DNA of 64,000 bases from Coleofasciculus sp. B1-GNL1-01 (GTDB lineage Bacteria; Cyanobacteriota; Cyanobacteriia; Cyanobacteriales; Coleofasciculaceae): the NCBI GenBank assembly GCA_040220235.1, contig JAVJTO010000006.1. One strand, written 5' to 3'. The notes under the pieces are model-generated. The model made no database searches. It was not told the DNA's origin and worked only from the letters and a program-made list of their open reading frames with translations. The position numbers and the translations under genes are program-made. Below, piece by piece: positions 20,697-30,467 of this stretch. Position 1 is the first letter of the stretch. The number at the start of each line of letters is the position of its first letter.

Positions 20697-21416
20697 CTAC
20701 AAGGGGTTTATTGATTCCTTTTCTTTTTCTCCTAATTTATCCATCGCTACACCCCAGTTGTACCAGGCTAATTGGTAATCGGGTTTAAGTTGAATCGCTT
20801 TCTCATAAGATGCGATCGCACTTTGATCATCTCCCAACTTCCCCAAGGCTAACCCCCGATTATTCCAGGCTTCGGCGTAGTCGGGTTGGTGTTGAATCGC
20901 TGCGTCAAAAGACGCGATCGCACCGAGAAAATCTTGGTCGGCGAGTTGCTGTTTCCCTTGATTGAACCAGGTTTCGGCGGCATCACTTTCGGCTGTTTCG
21001 TTGTGATCTGTGTCTCCCGTTTCTTCCCGATAGGCTTCCCTTTTCCCCGCCGGTTTCGCCAATAAATCCTTGCCAATTTCTGCCGCAATTTCCCCTAATT
21101 CTCCACAGCCGACGCCACTCATCTGCAATAATTGCCAAGCGAACTGATGATCCGCCTCGGGTAATTGGCGCAACTGCTGTCCATACTCATACAGCCACAC
21201 CTTAAAAGCGCGATCGCTACTCTGATATCCTAAATGTTGCAGGATCTGTTCCCGATTCCATCCCTGATTCACCCCAATCACCAATTGCCGAAATAACTGA
21301 TGATAATCTGCATCACTCAGGCGTTTTTGCCGTCGCCTGTATTGTTTGGGTTTCAGGAAAGGCGGTACGATTCGCCAAATCAGCCGCACTAACCATTGCC
21401 AAAGCCGCTTGATCAT
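20697..21416 (-). CDS. TPR repeat protein
   Basis: C-terminal TPR motifs (AWNNRGLAL..AIASYEKAIQLKPD). Confidence 0.85.
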   Translation of the reverse strand: MIKRLWQWLVRLIWRIVPPFLKPKQYRRRQKRLSDADYHQLFRQLVIGVNQGWNREQILQHLGYQSSDRAFKVWLYEYGQQLRQLPEADHQFAWQLLQMSGVGCGELGEIAAEIGKDLLAKPAGKREAYREETGDTDHNETAESDAAETWFNQGKQQLADQDFLGAIASFDAAIQHQPDYAEAWNNRGLALGKLGDDQSAIASYEKAIQLKPDYQLAWYNWGVAMDKLGEKEKESINPL

Positions 21417-22124
21417 CTGCTTGTGGGAAAGGGATTATTGTCCCAGTGTATATCGTTAGTTTATCGGGGTTGGGTCAGTCCTGTCTCATGCGATCGCCAG
21501 TTGAGTCGGCTAAAAAATCGGATTAATTAAGGTCAACTGGGGAAATATAGGAAAAAATCAGTCATTTCCCCCAAAGCTTTGGCTAGGCTAATTTATTAGG
21601 TAAAATTCTAAAAAAGCATGGTCACTTATTCCATTGAATTTTAGCAATGCCACTTTGGTTTAATGCTGAGTTTCAGTCACTCCCCATAATGCACCCTCTA
21701 ATGGGGCATAATCATCAATCTCTGTGAGTATGGCGAATGACGAATGACGTAGCTGGCTTCTCGCTTGGGCGAGTATGACAAATGACCTGCATATAACTCT
21801 TTTGGTAAAATGTCAACCAACTATCGAGGTATGAATTATGTTCAAAAATATGTTATTAGTATCCTTTTACACCCGTCAATCGATTGACCTAGCCGATTTT
21901 GTCTGATTGTCCTCCAGGAAATGTTAACTTAAATAAAGTTAAGTTTCATTTCTTTACATCTACCCCTAACCTAAAGTAACATCTCATGAAATCAAGTAAT
22001 GAGGTTAAGGGCTTGATAAGCGTTAGCTAGAATGAGGCTGAAGCTTATCAGCAATCCTGTTTGAGACAGCCTGTCATTGTCATCACACAGGTAAATTGAA
22101 CCCATTGAATTGTCAAAGTATCTC

Positions 22125-23429
22125 ATGAATATTAACCAGCAATTGGGCAAACTCAAACGAGGTATCTTCAGAATCAAAAAAATCCCTCGTTTTTTCATCT
22201 TACTGATAGCCACAATTGCCACGATTCAATTTCTCATTCTCCCCGCCTTGACGCAACAACCTGTCACAGTCAAGGTGTTGATGAGCGCCCTAGAAGCATC
22301 CCAGTGGCAAGAATTTGTCGAGGACTTTGAAGAAGAAAATCCCAATATTAATCTAGAAATCCTGGAAGGACCCAACGAAACTAACCTGGTGGAAGACCTC
22401 TATACCTCTGCCTTTTTGTTGGGGGATTCACCTTACGATCTCGTTTATCTAGACATTGTTTGGGTACCAAAATTTGCCGCAGCCGGATGGTTAATGCCCC
22501 TATCTGACCGAGTTTCCCAAGACCAATTATCCGAGTTTCTGCAAGGGGATGTAGAGGGAGGACGCTACAACGGTGAACTGTATCGGATGCCCTTCCGTTC
22601 CGATGGTGGGATGCTCTATTACCGTACTGATTTATTAAAGCAGGGTGGATACGAACCCCCCGAAACCTTTGCAGAACTCATCCAAATCTCTCAAGCGTTG
22701 CAACAACAAACAGGAGTTGAATGGGGATATTTATGGCAAGGAAAGCAATACGAAGGCTTATCTGCTATGTTTGTGGAAATCCTGGAAGGGTTTGGTGCCT
22801 TTTGGGTAAATCCAGACACACTAGAAGTTGGACTTGATCAGCCAGAAGCAATCCAAGCGGTTGAATTTTTACTGAATACCATTGAAAAAGAGGTTTCTCC
22901 TGCCGGTGTTACCACTTACGCCGAAGAAGAAACCCGCCGCTTATTCCAGAATGGTGAAGCTATTTTCTTGCGAAATTGGCCCTACGTTTACACATTGGCA
23001 GCCGACTCAGAAATTGCGGGTCAATTTGCGATTAAGCCAATGGTACACCAACCAGCCGATAGTAGTGGTGCTTGCCAAGGCGGATGGGGACTGGGTATTT
23101 CTCAATCCACGAAACACGCCGACGAAGCCTGGAAAGTGATTGAATTTTTTAACCGTCCGGAAGTCCAAAAAGAATTCAGTCTCGCCAACGGTTATGCCCC
23201 CGCTCTAAAATCACTCTATACCGATCCTGACCTGGTAGCTGAATATAGTTACTTTCCCCAAATGTTAGAAGTCCTGGAAAAAGCGGTTCTGCGTCCTCCT
23301 ATCGCTCAATACGCTCAAGCATCGGATATTTTGCAGCGTTATCTCAGTGCGGCAATTACACAAACGATGACGCCAGAACAAGCCATGAATCGAGCCGCTC
23401 AGGAAACACGAAGACTTCTAGGAGATTAA
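22125..23429 (+). CDS. Carbohydrate ABC transporter substrate-binding protein
   Basis: DIVWVPKFAAAGWL, LYYRTDLL and GKQYEGL motifs; first gene of a four-gene operon. Confidence 0.9.
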   Translation: MNINQQLGKLKRGIFRIKKIPRFFILLIATIATIQFLILPALTQQPVTVKVLMSALEASQWQEFVEDFEEENPNINLEILEGPNETNLVEDLYTSAFLLGDSPYDLVYLDIVWVPKFAAAGWLMPLSDRVSQDQLSEFLQGDVEGGRYNGELYRMPFRSDGGMLYYRTDLLKQGGYEPPETFAELIQISQALQQQTGVEWGYLWQGKQYEGLSAMFVEILEGFGAFWVNPDTLEVGLDQPEAIQAVEFLLNTIEKEVSPAGVTTYAEEETRRLFQNGEAIFLRNWPYVYTLAADSEIAGQFAIKPMVHQPADSSGACQGGWGLGISQSTKHADEAWKVIEFFNRPEVQKEFSLANGYAPALKSLYTDPDLVAEYSYFPQMLEVLEKAVLRPPIAQYAQASDILQRYLSAAITQTMTPEQAMNRAAQETRRLLGD

Positions 23430-23476
23430 GGTTCAGCCGTTGGTTGAACGGCACGTTGTAAGTCAATGAAATTACG

Positions 23477-24382
23477 ATGAAACAAGCTTCGATTCGGCAA
23501 CGAGAGATACGAACGGGTTGGTTACTAACCCTACTCGCCATCCTGATCTTGTTAATGGTGTTTGCCTATCCCATTGGACGAGCCTTTTGGTTAAGTTTAT
23601 TCAGTCAAAATCTAGGGACTGAGTTACAGGCAGAGTTTACTGGCTTGGACAATTATGCACGGCTAGTGGGTGATGGACGCTTTTGGCAAAGTATGTGGCA
23701 CACAACGGTGTTTACCGTGTCCTCGATTGTCCTGGAATTAGTGTTGGGAATGGCAATTGCATTGGTGCTAAATCAAGCCTTTTTTGGGCGAGGTTTAGTT
23801 CGCACCGCCGCCCTAATTCCCTGGGCATTACCTACTGCTGTCATGGGGTTAGCATGGGCGTGGATTTTTAATGACCAGTTTGGCGTTGCTAATGATATTT
23901 TGCGATTGTTGCCCGCTGTTGAGCCGATTACCTGGTTAGGTGAACCGATTCCGGCAATGATCGCATTGATTGCGGCTGATGTCTGGAAAACAACGCCCTT
24001 TTTTGCGATTATTTTGCTAGCAGGATTGCAATCCATTTCCAAGGATCTTTATGAAGCCCATGCAATTGATGGGGCGTCTCCAGTACAGAGTTTTGTGCAA
24101 ATTACATTACCCCTACTGACCCCGCAAATCTTGATTGCCCTCTTGTTCCGATTTGCTCAAGCATTCGGGATTTTTGACCTTGTGCTAGTCATGACAGGGG
24201 GCGGTCCAGCCAATGCGACGGAAATGATTTCACTCTATATTTATGACACGGTGAGACGCTATCTGGACTTTGGTTACGGTGCGGCGTTGGTTGTCGTCAC
24301 CTTCCTCTTACTAATTCTCGCCGTGGCAATTGTTGGCTTTTTGCTCTCAAAAACCCGGATTAATGTTTTAGGAGACCAGTAG
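23477..24382 (+). CDS. Carbohydrate ABC transporter permease (MalF-like)
   Basis: EAA loop LYEAHAIDGAS; multiple TM helices. Confidence 0.92.
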   Translation: MKQASIRQREIRTGWLLTLLAILILLMVFAYPIGRAFWLSLFSQNLGTELQAEFTGLDNYARLVGDGRFWQSMWHTTVFTVSSIVLELVLGMAIALVLNQAFFGRGLVRTAALIPWALPTAVMGLAWAWIFNDQFGVANDILRLLPAVEPITWLGEPIPAMIALIAADVWKTTPFFAIILLAGLQSISKDLYEAHAIDGASPVQSFVQITLPLLTPQILIALLFRFAQAFGIFDLVLVMTGGGPANATEMISLYIYDTVRRYLDFGYGAALVVVTFLLLILAVAIVGFLLSKTRINVLGDQ

Positions 24383-24389
24383 ATTAACC

Positions 24390-25265
24390 ATGGCAATCGC
24401 TCAAGACTCATCATCCAAAAACCAGTCAAAAATCAATACCAAGCAAATTCTGCTCTGGGTTGGTGTGGTATTAACGTTAATTTTTTGCCTCGCACCAGCC
24501 CTTTGGCAGGTGTTGACATCTTTCAAGATCAATGAGGCGATTTCGACAATTCCGAATGTCTATTTTCCCGCGCCCGATCAACTCACTTGGACGCACTACT
24601 CACAGCTATTTGAACGTTATCCCTTTTTGCGTTATATCCTGAATAGTGCCATTGTTTCATTCACCTCCACAATCTTATGTTTAGTCGCCGGAGCGCCCGC
24701 TGCTTATGCCTTAGCACGGTTAAGAATTCCGGGAGAGCGAATTGTTTTAGCCTGCGTTCTCATCGTCAGTCTCTTTCCCTACGTGCTACTGTTCCTGGGA
24801 CTTTTAGAGGTAGTGAAACTGTTAGGGTTGGGGAATAACTATATCGCCCTAATTGTTCCCTATACCGGAATTAACTTACCGCTGACTATTTTGGTGCTGC
24901 GAAGTTTCTTTCAACAGCTTCCCAAAGATCTAGAAGATTCCGCCCAGGTTGATGGCTATAACACAGTACAAATGCTGTTGAAAATCGTCCTGCCGATGAC
25001 TGTACCTGCCCTAGTGACGACGGGGATTCTCACGTTTATTTTTGCTTGGAATGAGTTTATCTTTGCCTTGACCTTTATTACGCGAGATGAAATGAAAACC
25101 ATTCCAGTGGCAGTGGCTCAAATTGGTGGAACTTCTGTATTTGAAATTCCTTACGGTCCGATCGCGGCAGCGACAGTCGCGGGAACGATTCCCCTGATTC
25201 TGTTAGTGCTGTTCTTCCAACGTCGTATTGTGCAGGGCATCACGGCTGGGGCAGTTAAAGGATGA
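24390..25265 (+). CDS. Carbohydrate ABC transporter permease (MalG-like)
   Basis: LEDSAQVDG, AWNEF and GITAGAVKG motifs. Confidence 0.92.
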   Translation: MAIAQDSSSKNQSKINTKQILLWVGVVLTLIFCLAPALWQVLTSFKINEAISTIPNVYFPAPDQLTWTHYSQLFERYPFLRYILNSAIVSFTSTILCLVAGAPAAYALARLRIPGERIVLACVLIVSLFPYVLLFLGLLEVVKLLGLGNNYIALIVPYTGINLPLTILVLRSFFQQLPKDLEDSAQVDGYNTVQMLLKIVLPMTVPALVTTGILTFIFAWNEFIFALTFITRDEMKTIPVAVAQIGGTSVFEIPYGPIAAATVAGTIPLILLVLFFQRRIVQGITAGAVKG

Positions 25266-25379
25266 GATTGTAGGGGCGACCCGCTTGCATCAATTAACAA
25301 CGGTGTCCATTCAATCAACTCGGGTCGCCCTTTACCATTTCTTGACAGGTTCCCATTCAATATTCAATAGGTAAAAATC

Positions 25380-26474
25380 ATGGCAAAACTCGAACTCCAG
25401 AATCTACGCAAAGAATACAATCCCAAAACGGTACCGATTAAAGACATTAGCCTAGATGTCGAAGATGGTGAGTTCATGACCTTTATTGGACCCTCTGGCT
25501 GTGGTAAATCCACATTGCTGCGATTAATTGCCGGATTGGAGACGCCAACGAAAGGCAGAGTAGTGATTAGTGGACAAACAGTTAACGGTGTTCCCCCAGG
25601 CGATCGCAATATTGCCATGGTCTTCCAGAGTTACGCCCTCTATCCTCACATGACCGTGGAGGAAAATATCAGCGCTTCGCTGAGAATCCGTAACACTCCT
25701 AGCGATGAAATTCGCAAGCGCATTGATGATGTGATTATCAAGCTAGATTTAGACCGCGCCTTACTCGAACGCAAACCCGGTCAACTCTCCGGTGGACAAC
25801 GGCAACGGGTGGCGGTTGCCCGCGCCTTAGTTCGGGAACCGGAAGTCTTTTTATTAGATGAACCCTTGAGTAACTTAGATGCCTTATTGCGAGAACAAGT
25901 GCGGGCGGAACTCAAGCAACTGTTTAAATCCCAAAACAAACCCGTCGTCTATGTTACTCACGACCAAACCGAGGCGATGACTCTCTCAACTCGGATTGCC
26001 TTGCTGTATGAGGGCGTCTTGCAACAGCTTGATACCCCCTATCAGATTTATACCTACCCAGCGAATAGTTTTGTTGCCAGTTTCATGGGCAGTCCGCAAA
26101 TGAACCTGCTAACCCTTAGCTGTCAGGATAATTATGCTCTTCTGGGTAACTTTAAACTAAAACTGCCCGACCTGCGGCAAAAACCACGCCAAATTGTCAT
26201 GGGTGTTCGTCCCGAAAATGTGCGGATTGCCAAGCAAGGAGACGAACAGACCATCAAGGGTAACGTGTTTTTGGTCGAAGATATGGGCAAAGAAAAACTG
26301 ATTAGCGTGCGAGTGCAGGGTTCAGACGGGTCAGAAGGGAAGACGATTCGGGCATTGTTAGCTGCTGATAACTACTGGGATGGTGAAGAAGATACGGTGA
26401 CTCTCACCCTACCGGAGAAAACGATGCACTGGTTTGATGTCGAATCAGGCGATCGCTTAACGCATCATTCCTAA
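25380..26474 (+). CDS. Carbohydrate ABC transporter ATP-binding protein (MalK-like)
   Basis: [27 protein letters not shown] and YVTHDQ motifs. Confidence 0.95.
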   Translation: MAKLELQNLRKEYNPKTVPIKDISLDVEDGEFMTFIGPSGCGKSTLLRLIAGLETPTKGRVVISGQTVNGVPPGDRNIAMVFQSYALYPHMTVEENISASLRIRNTPSDEIRKRIDDVIIKLDLDRALLERKPGQLSGGQRQRVAVARALVREPEVFLLDEPLSNLDALLREQVRAELKQLFKSQNKPVVYVTHDQTEAMTLSTRIALLYEGVLQQLDTPYQIYTYPANSFVASFMGSPQMNLLTLSCQDNYALLGNFKLKLPDLRQKPRQIVMGVRPENVRIAKQGDEQTIKGNVFLVEDMGKEKLISVRVQGSDGSEGKTIRALLAADNYWDGEEDTVTLTLPEKTMHWFDVESGDRLTHHS

Positions 26475-26489
26475 CCGACCCAATCTAGC

Positions 26490-26522
26490 AGATCCCCGAC
26501 TTCTTCAAGAAGTCGGGGATCT
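26490..26522. repeat. Palindromic repeat AGATCCCCGACTTCTT/AAGAAGTCGGGGATCT after the ABC operon (possible terminator role)
   Basis: Perfect 16-bp inverted repeat. Confidence 0.75.
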
Positions 26523-26575
26523 ATGCTTAATTACCTTTATGATCAGAAGTGGGCGTCTAGTGGAAAAATCATCAG

Positions 26576-27124
26576 ATGGACTTTCTCGAACTTGATCCCG
26601 GTCACATCAACATCATTCTGCAATACAAAATTAAGTTAGAAAAGTTAGGTGTTAAACTCGATGATGAACATCTAAAAGAAGCGATCTACAACTATGCCCA
26701 CAATTTAGAACCGTCGATTCAAGCCTTTATGGAATATTGCGCCAAGGGACAACTCGAACAACCGAATGAGTTTCTAATCAAAGCCCTACGCTACAATTGG
26801 AAACCGCGCAACATTTCCAATCCCCCCGACTTACCTGTATTTACGGCGGCTGATTTTGATACGGGACAGACTCCAGAACAACGACAAGAGAACTACCGCC
26901 GATTGTGTGACTTAGTGAAACGTTCTTGTCATCCCTCTAAACCATCACCCCGATTTAAATCCTTGCGCCGTCTGCGCCTCTATGGTCAACGACCTGATCC
27001 CACCACTATTGCCCAATTCATGGCAGATCCCATTCTTCGACCCGAAATAGAACGGGCAATTTCCCAGCATCCAGAATGGGGGTATGAAATTACACCCAAT
27101 GGCGTTCAAGAACTAGAATTTTGA
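26576..27124 (+). CDS. Hypothetical protein
   Basis: 182 aa ORF with ATG start. Confidence 0.6.
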   Translation: MDFLELDPGHINIILQYKIKLEKLGVKLDDEHLKEAIYNYAHNLEPSIQAFMEYCAKGQLEQPNEFLIKALRYNWKPRNISNPPDLPVFTAADFDTGQTPEQRQENYRRLCDLVKRSCHPSKPSPRFKSLRRLRLYGQRPDPTTIAQFMADPILRPEIERAISQHPEWGYEITPNGVQELEF

Positions 27125-27171
27125 ATTCCCTGTTCCCTATTCCCTGTTCCCTGTTCCCTGTTCCCTTTCCA

Positions 27172-28515
27172 ATGAGTGAAACTTCTATCCGTCCAGCTTT
27201 AATTAATAAAGTAATCCCCAACTCCATCGCGGCTGAGGTGGGGTTTGAACCCGGTGACGCCATTGTCTCGATTAACGGTACACCTCCCCGTGACTTAATT
27301 GACTATCAATTTCTCTGTGCCGATGAACTCCTAAAATTCGAAGTCCGAGATGCGGCGGGAAAAACCCATTTTGTCGAAATTGAGAAAGACTACGACGAGG
27401 ATTTAGGACTAGAATTTGAAACTGCCTTATTTGATGGCTTAATCCAGTGTAATAATCGCTGTCCCTTTTGCTTCATAGATCAACAACCTCCCGGAAAACG
27501 ACAGAGTTTATATCTCAAAGATGACGACTATCGCCTCAGTTTCCTCTATGGTTCATACTTAACCCTAACCAACCTCACTCAAAGCGAATGGAATCGGATA
27601 GAACGCCTGCGTCTATCTCCGTTGTATGTTTCTATCCACGCCACGGAACCGGACGTTCGCAGCCGACTCCTCAAAAATCCTCGTGCTGGGCAGATTTTAG
27701 ATCAGTTGCAATGGTTTCAGGAACGACGATTGCAAATTCATGCTCAAGTTGTGGTTTGTCCGGGTATTAATGATGGCATTCACTTAGAACGAACCCTCAA
27801 CGATTTAGCCCAATTCCAACAGAATGAAGTCCCGGCTGTTGCTTCAGTCGCTGTTGTTCCGGTGGGATTAACTCGCTTTCGTCCCGCAGAAGATGAATTA
27901 ATCCCGGTTAGTCGCCAGAAAGCAGCAGAAGTTATCCAGCAGGTTCAATCGCTACAAACAAAATTTCGCCAACAATTCGGGTCTACCTTTGCTTGGTTAG
28001 CGGATGAATGGTTTTTAATCGCCCAACAGGAATTACCGTCAGAATCTCATTACGAAGATTATCCCCAAATTGGGAATGGTGTGGGTTCAATTCGCCAGTT
28101 TATTAAACAATTTCAAGACGCGGCTATGCGGATTTTACCCACTCGTGTGGAACCTGCGCGAGAATTAACCTGGGTGGTCGGTAATGCAGTGGAAACAGCC
28201 TTTATGCCCCTAGTGCAGCAGTTGAATAAAGTTGAGGGATTAGAAGTCAAACTAGCAGCGCTACGGAGTGAGTATTGGGGACAAGAGATTACGGTTACGG
28301 GGTTATTAACTGGACAAGATTTGCTGGGGTCATTGTCAGGAAAAGACTTCGGTGACGGGATTTTACTGCCTTCAGTCATGCTTAAACATGATGATACGCG
28401 ATTTTTAGATGATATGACGGTGGCAGAGATAAGTCGTCAGCTAGGAACTCAAATTTGGGTGGTTAATGGAATAGAGGAATTGATTGAACGTTGTGTAAGA
28501 AGGTTTATAAAATAG
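27172..28515 (+). CDS. TIGR03279-family radical SAM protein (PDZ + DUF512)
   Basis: N-terminal PDZ-like region; CNNRCPFC motif; KDDDYRLSF; ATG at 27172 after a heptamer array. Confidence 0.9.
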   Translation: MSETSIRPALINKVIPNSIAAEVGFEPGDAIVSINGTPPRDLIDYQFLCADELLKFEVRDAAGKTHFVEIEKDYDEDLGLEFETALFDGLIQCNNRCPFCFIDQQPPGKRQSLYLKDDDYRLSFLYGSYLTLTNLTQSEWNRIERLRLSPLYVSIHATEPDVRSRLLKNPRAGQILDQLQWFQERRLQIHAQVVVCPGINDGIHLERTLNDLAQFQQNEVPAVASVAVVPVGLTRFRPAEDELIPVSRQKAAEVIQQVQSLQTKFRQQFGSTFAWLADEWFLIAQQELPSESHYEDYPQIGNGVGSIRQFIKQFQDAAMRILPTRVEPARELTWVVGNAVETAFMPLVQQLNKVEGLEVKLAALRSEYWGQEITVTGLLTGQDLLGSLSGKDFGDGILLPSVMLKHDDTRFLDDMTVAEISRQLGTQIWVVNGIEELIERCVRRFIK

Positions 28516-28549
28516 ACAGGTTTTAAGAACTGTCGGGTAATTTAAGTTG

Positions 28550-30187
28550 TTATCTGAAACGTTCCCCCTCTCTACTGTTTTTTAATTTCCAGAGTGAGAT
28601 CTCCCGATTTTTAAACGTGAGTTCCGCTTTGTAAATAAGCTCTAAATGGCCACCGTAAGAGTTTGTAATAGTCTCGCGAAATTGTTCAGAACGGCCTCTG
28701 TAGCTGTTATATATAAATATATCACTGAATCCTTCAGAAATTATCGGTACACTATCGGGAGTAGGAGTCACGTGAAGTCGCACGTTTGAGTCCAGTGAAT
28801 AACTCAGTGGTAATACTCTCCAGGGATTATCTATAATTACCAGGGGACGTTCAGCTTCATTAACAATATGAGCTATTTGGGCATCATAATAGTCACTATA
28901 CTTACTCCACCAAGTTTCTGCTTGGGAAATCAGTACACAAGACAAAACTGAACCTGAAATTAGTATCACCATAACAAGCTGCCAAAATTTCCGTTGCTGG
29001 ATTTTCACGAAAGTGGCGAAAACTTTGTTGGTTAGAAGATCAGCAACTGCCAATTGAATTCCCAAATAACACGGAATCAGATATCGAGCATTGATTGAAC
29101 GGGTTCCTCCAATGATAACATCTGGCAGCATTAGGGCTAGGGCTGTTACTCCGATTAAAGTTAAGATAAATAACCAAACTTCTTTGGGTGTGTGACGACA
29201 GAGAAAATAAATCGCATATCCCACCAAAATTACTGTAGCTAAAATTAAATAGCTCAAACTGTCATCATAGCCAAATTGCACGTTAAACGGATCATGATAA
29301 CCAAATTGAATATCAAAGAAAATATGGGTCAAGTTTAATGCCCAGGTTTTCATCAAATAAGCGAATGGCACTCTTGACGTTTTGTCTGCGTTTGTTGTTT
29401 GAATTCGGGATAAGTTTTCAATCACAACAAATAGCCATGGACTAAACAGAATCAGTCCAGCAATAGAAGCAACACTATAAGCAAAAAATCTCTTGTTTAA
29501 GCGGAATTTTTCTATGGTAAAGACATAAATGCCATGACCAATTCCCACAAGTACGGAAAAGAGAAACGTGTAGAAACCCAGTGCTAAAGTTATCGAATAA
29601 ATGCCCCAGCTCAGTTTTGTTTGTCGCCGCATGGCTCGCAAAAGTGCTGCACTCGATAGTAAAATTGTTACAGTCCACAAACTAAATTCTCGCACCTCTT
29701 GAGCATAAAGGAGATGAAAAGGTGAAACAGCCATGAGTACAGTAGCTATTCCTCCTGTCAGTGGAGACTGAAATAATTCTAGGCATAGCCAGTAAGTACA
29801 AGGAAACGCCAACAAGCTAATTAAGGCAGACAAACTTCGCCTCACGGCAACGGAATTACCAAACCACTGTACCCAAAATCGCCCTAGGATATAATAAAGG
29901 GGTGGATGATGGGGATCTTCTACGGCTAAGGACTCCAACGTATCAGTTAAATCGGTTTCTGGCTTGATTCGCTGATACTTTTGAATATCTTCGATGCCAT
30001 ATTCCTTACCATCGAATATTTGGGAATATTCCGCCCATTTGTAGCCAGAAATCCGTAATGATGTGTAGGTTTCATCACCCCAGTATACTTTTTTGTCGAT
30101 GTTAACGAATCGAAAAAATATACCGATAGCTAACAATAAAACGAACAAAAAACATAAATTCTTTATGTTTTTTTGAAAAAAAATCAT
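28550..30187 (-). CDS. GT-C fold glycosyltransferase, family 39 (PMT-like)
   Basis: YWGDE, HPPLYY and YAQEVREFSL motifs; many TM helices. Confidence 0.85.
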   Translation of the reverse strand: MIFFQKNIKNLCFLFVLLLAIGIFFRFVNIDKKVYWGDETYTSLRISGYKWAEYSQIFDGKEYGIEDIQKYQRIKPETDLTDTLESLAVEDPHHPPLYYILGRFWVQWFGNSVAVRRSLSALISLLAFPCTYWLCLELFQSPLTGGIATVLMAVSPFHLLYAQEVREFSLWTVTILLSSAALLRAMRRQTKLSWGIYSITLALGFYTFLFSVLVGIGHGIYVFTIEKFRLNKRFFAYSVASIAGLILFSPWLFVVIENLSRIQTTNADKTSRVPFAYLMKTWALNLTHIFFDIQFGYHDPFNVQFGYDDSLSYLILATVILVGYAIYFLCRHTPKEVWLFILTLIGVTALALMLPDVIIGGTRSINARYLIPCYLGIQLAVADLLTNKVFATFVKIQQRKFWQLVMVILISGSVLSCVLISQAETWWSKYSDYYDAQIAHIVNEAERPLVIIDNPWRVLPLSYSLDSNVRLHVTPTPDSVPIISEGFSDIFIYNSYRGRSEQFRETITNSYGGHLELIYKAELTFKNREISLWKLKNSREGERFR

Positions 30188-30467
30188 GATTTTTTCACCT
30201 TATCTTGAACCCTACGTTGCTGACTTTTAATTTCAATTAACAGTAATTCTTTATTACCACGAGGATTAACAAATAGCTATACCTAAAATAACTAAGTTTG
30301 ATAATATTTTTTTAGGCAATAGCCGCATATCTCCTCTCTTGGCAAGACCGTAACCTGAAAAAATTGCGAACAAAGAACCCATTTGGGGAGATGCACGACT
30401 AGCATACTAATTTAAACTATTGGTAGATTAATTGACCTTATATTGGAACAAAGAATTACTAAATATA

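Noticed and set aside
22125..26474. Naming the transporter ggtABCD
   Set aside because: Orthology cannot be established by eye; it may belong to another cyanobacterial sugar transporter group.
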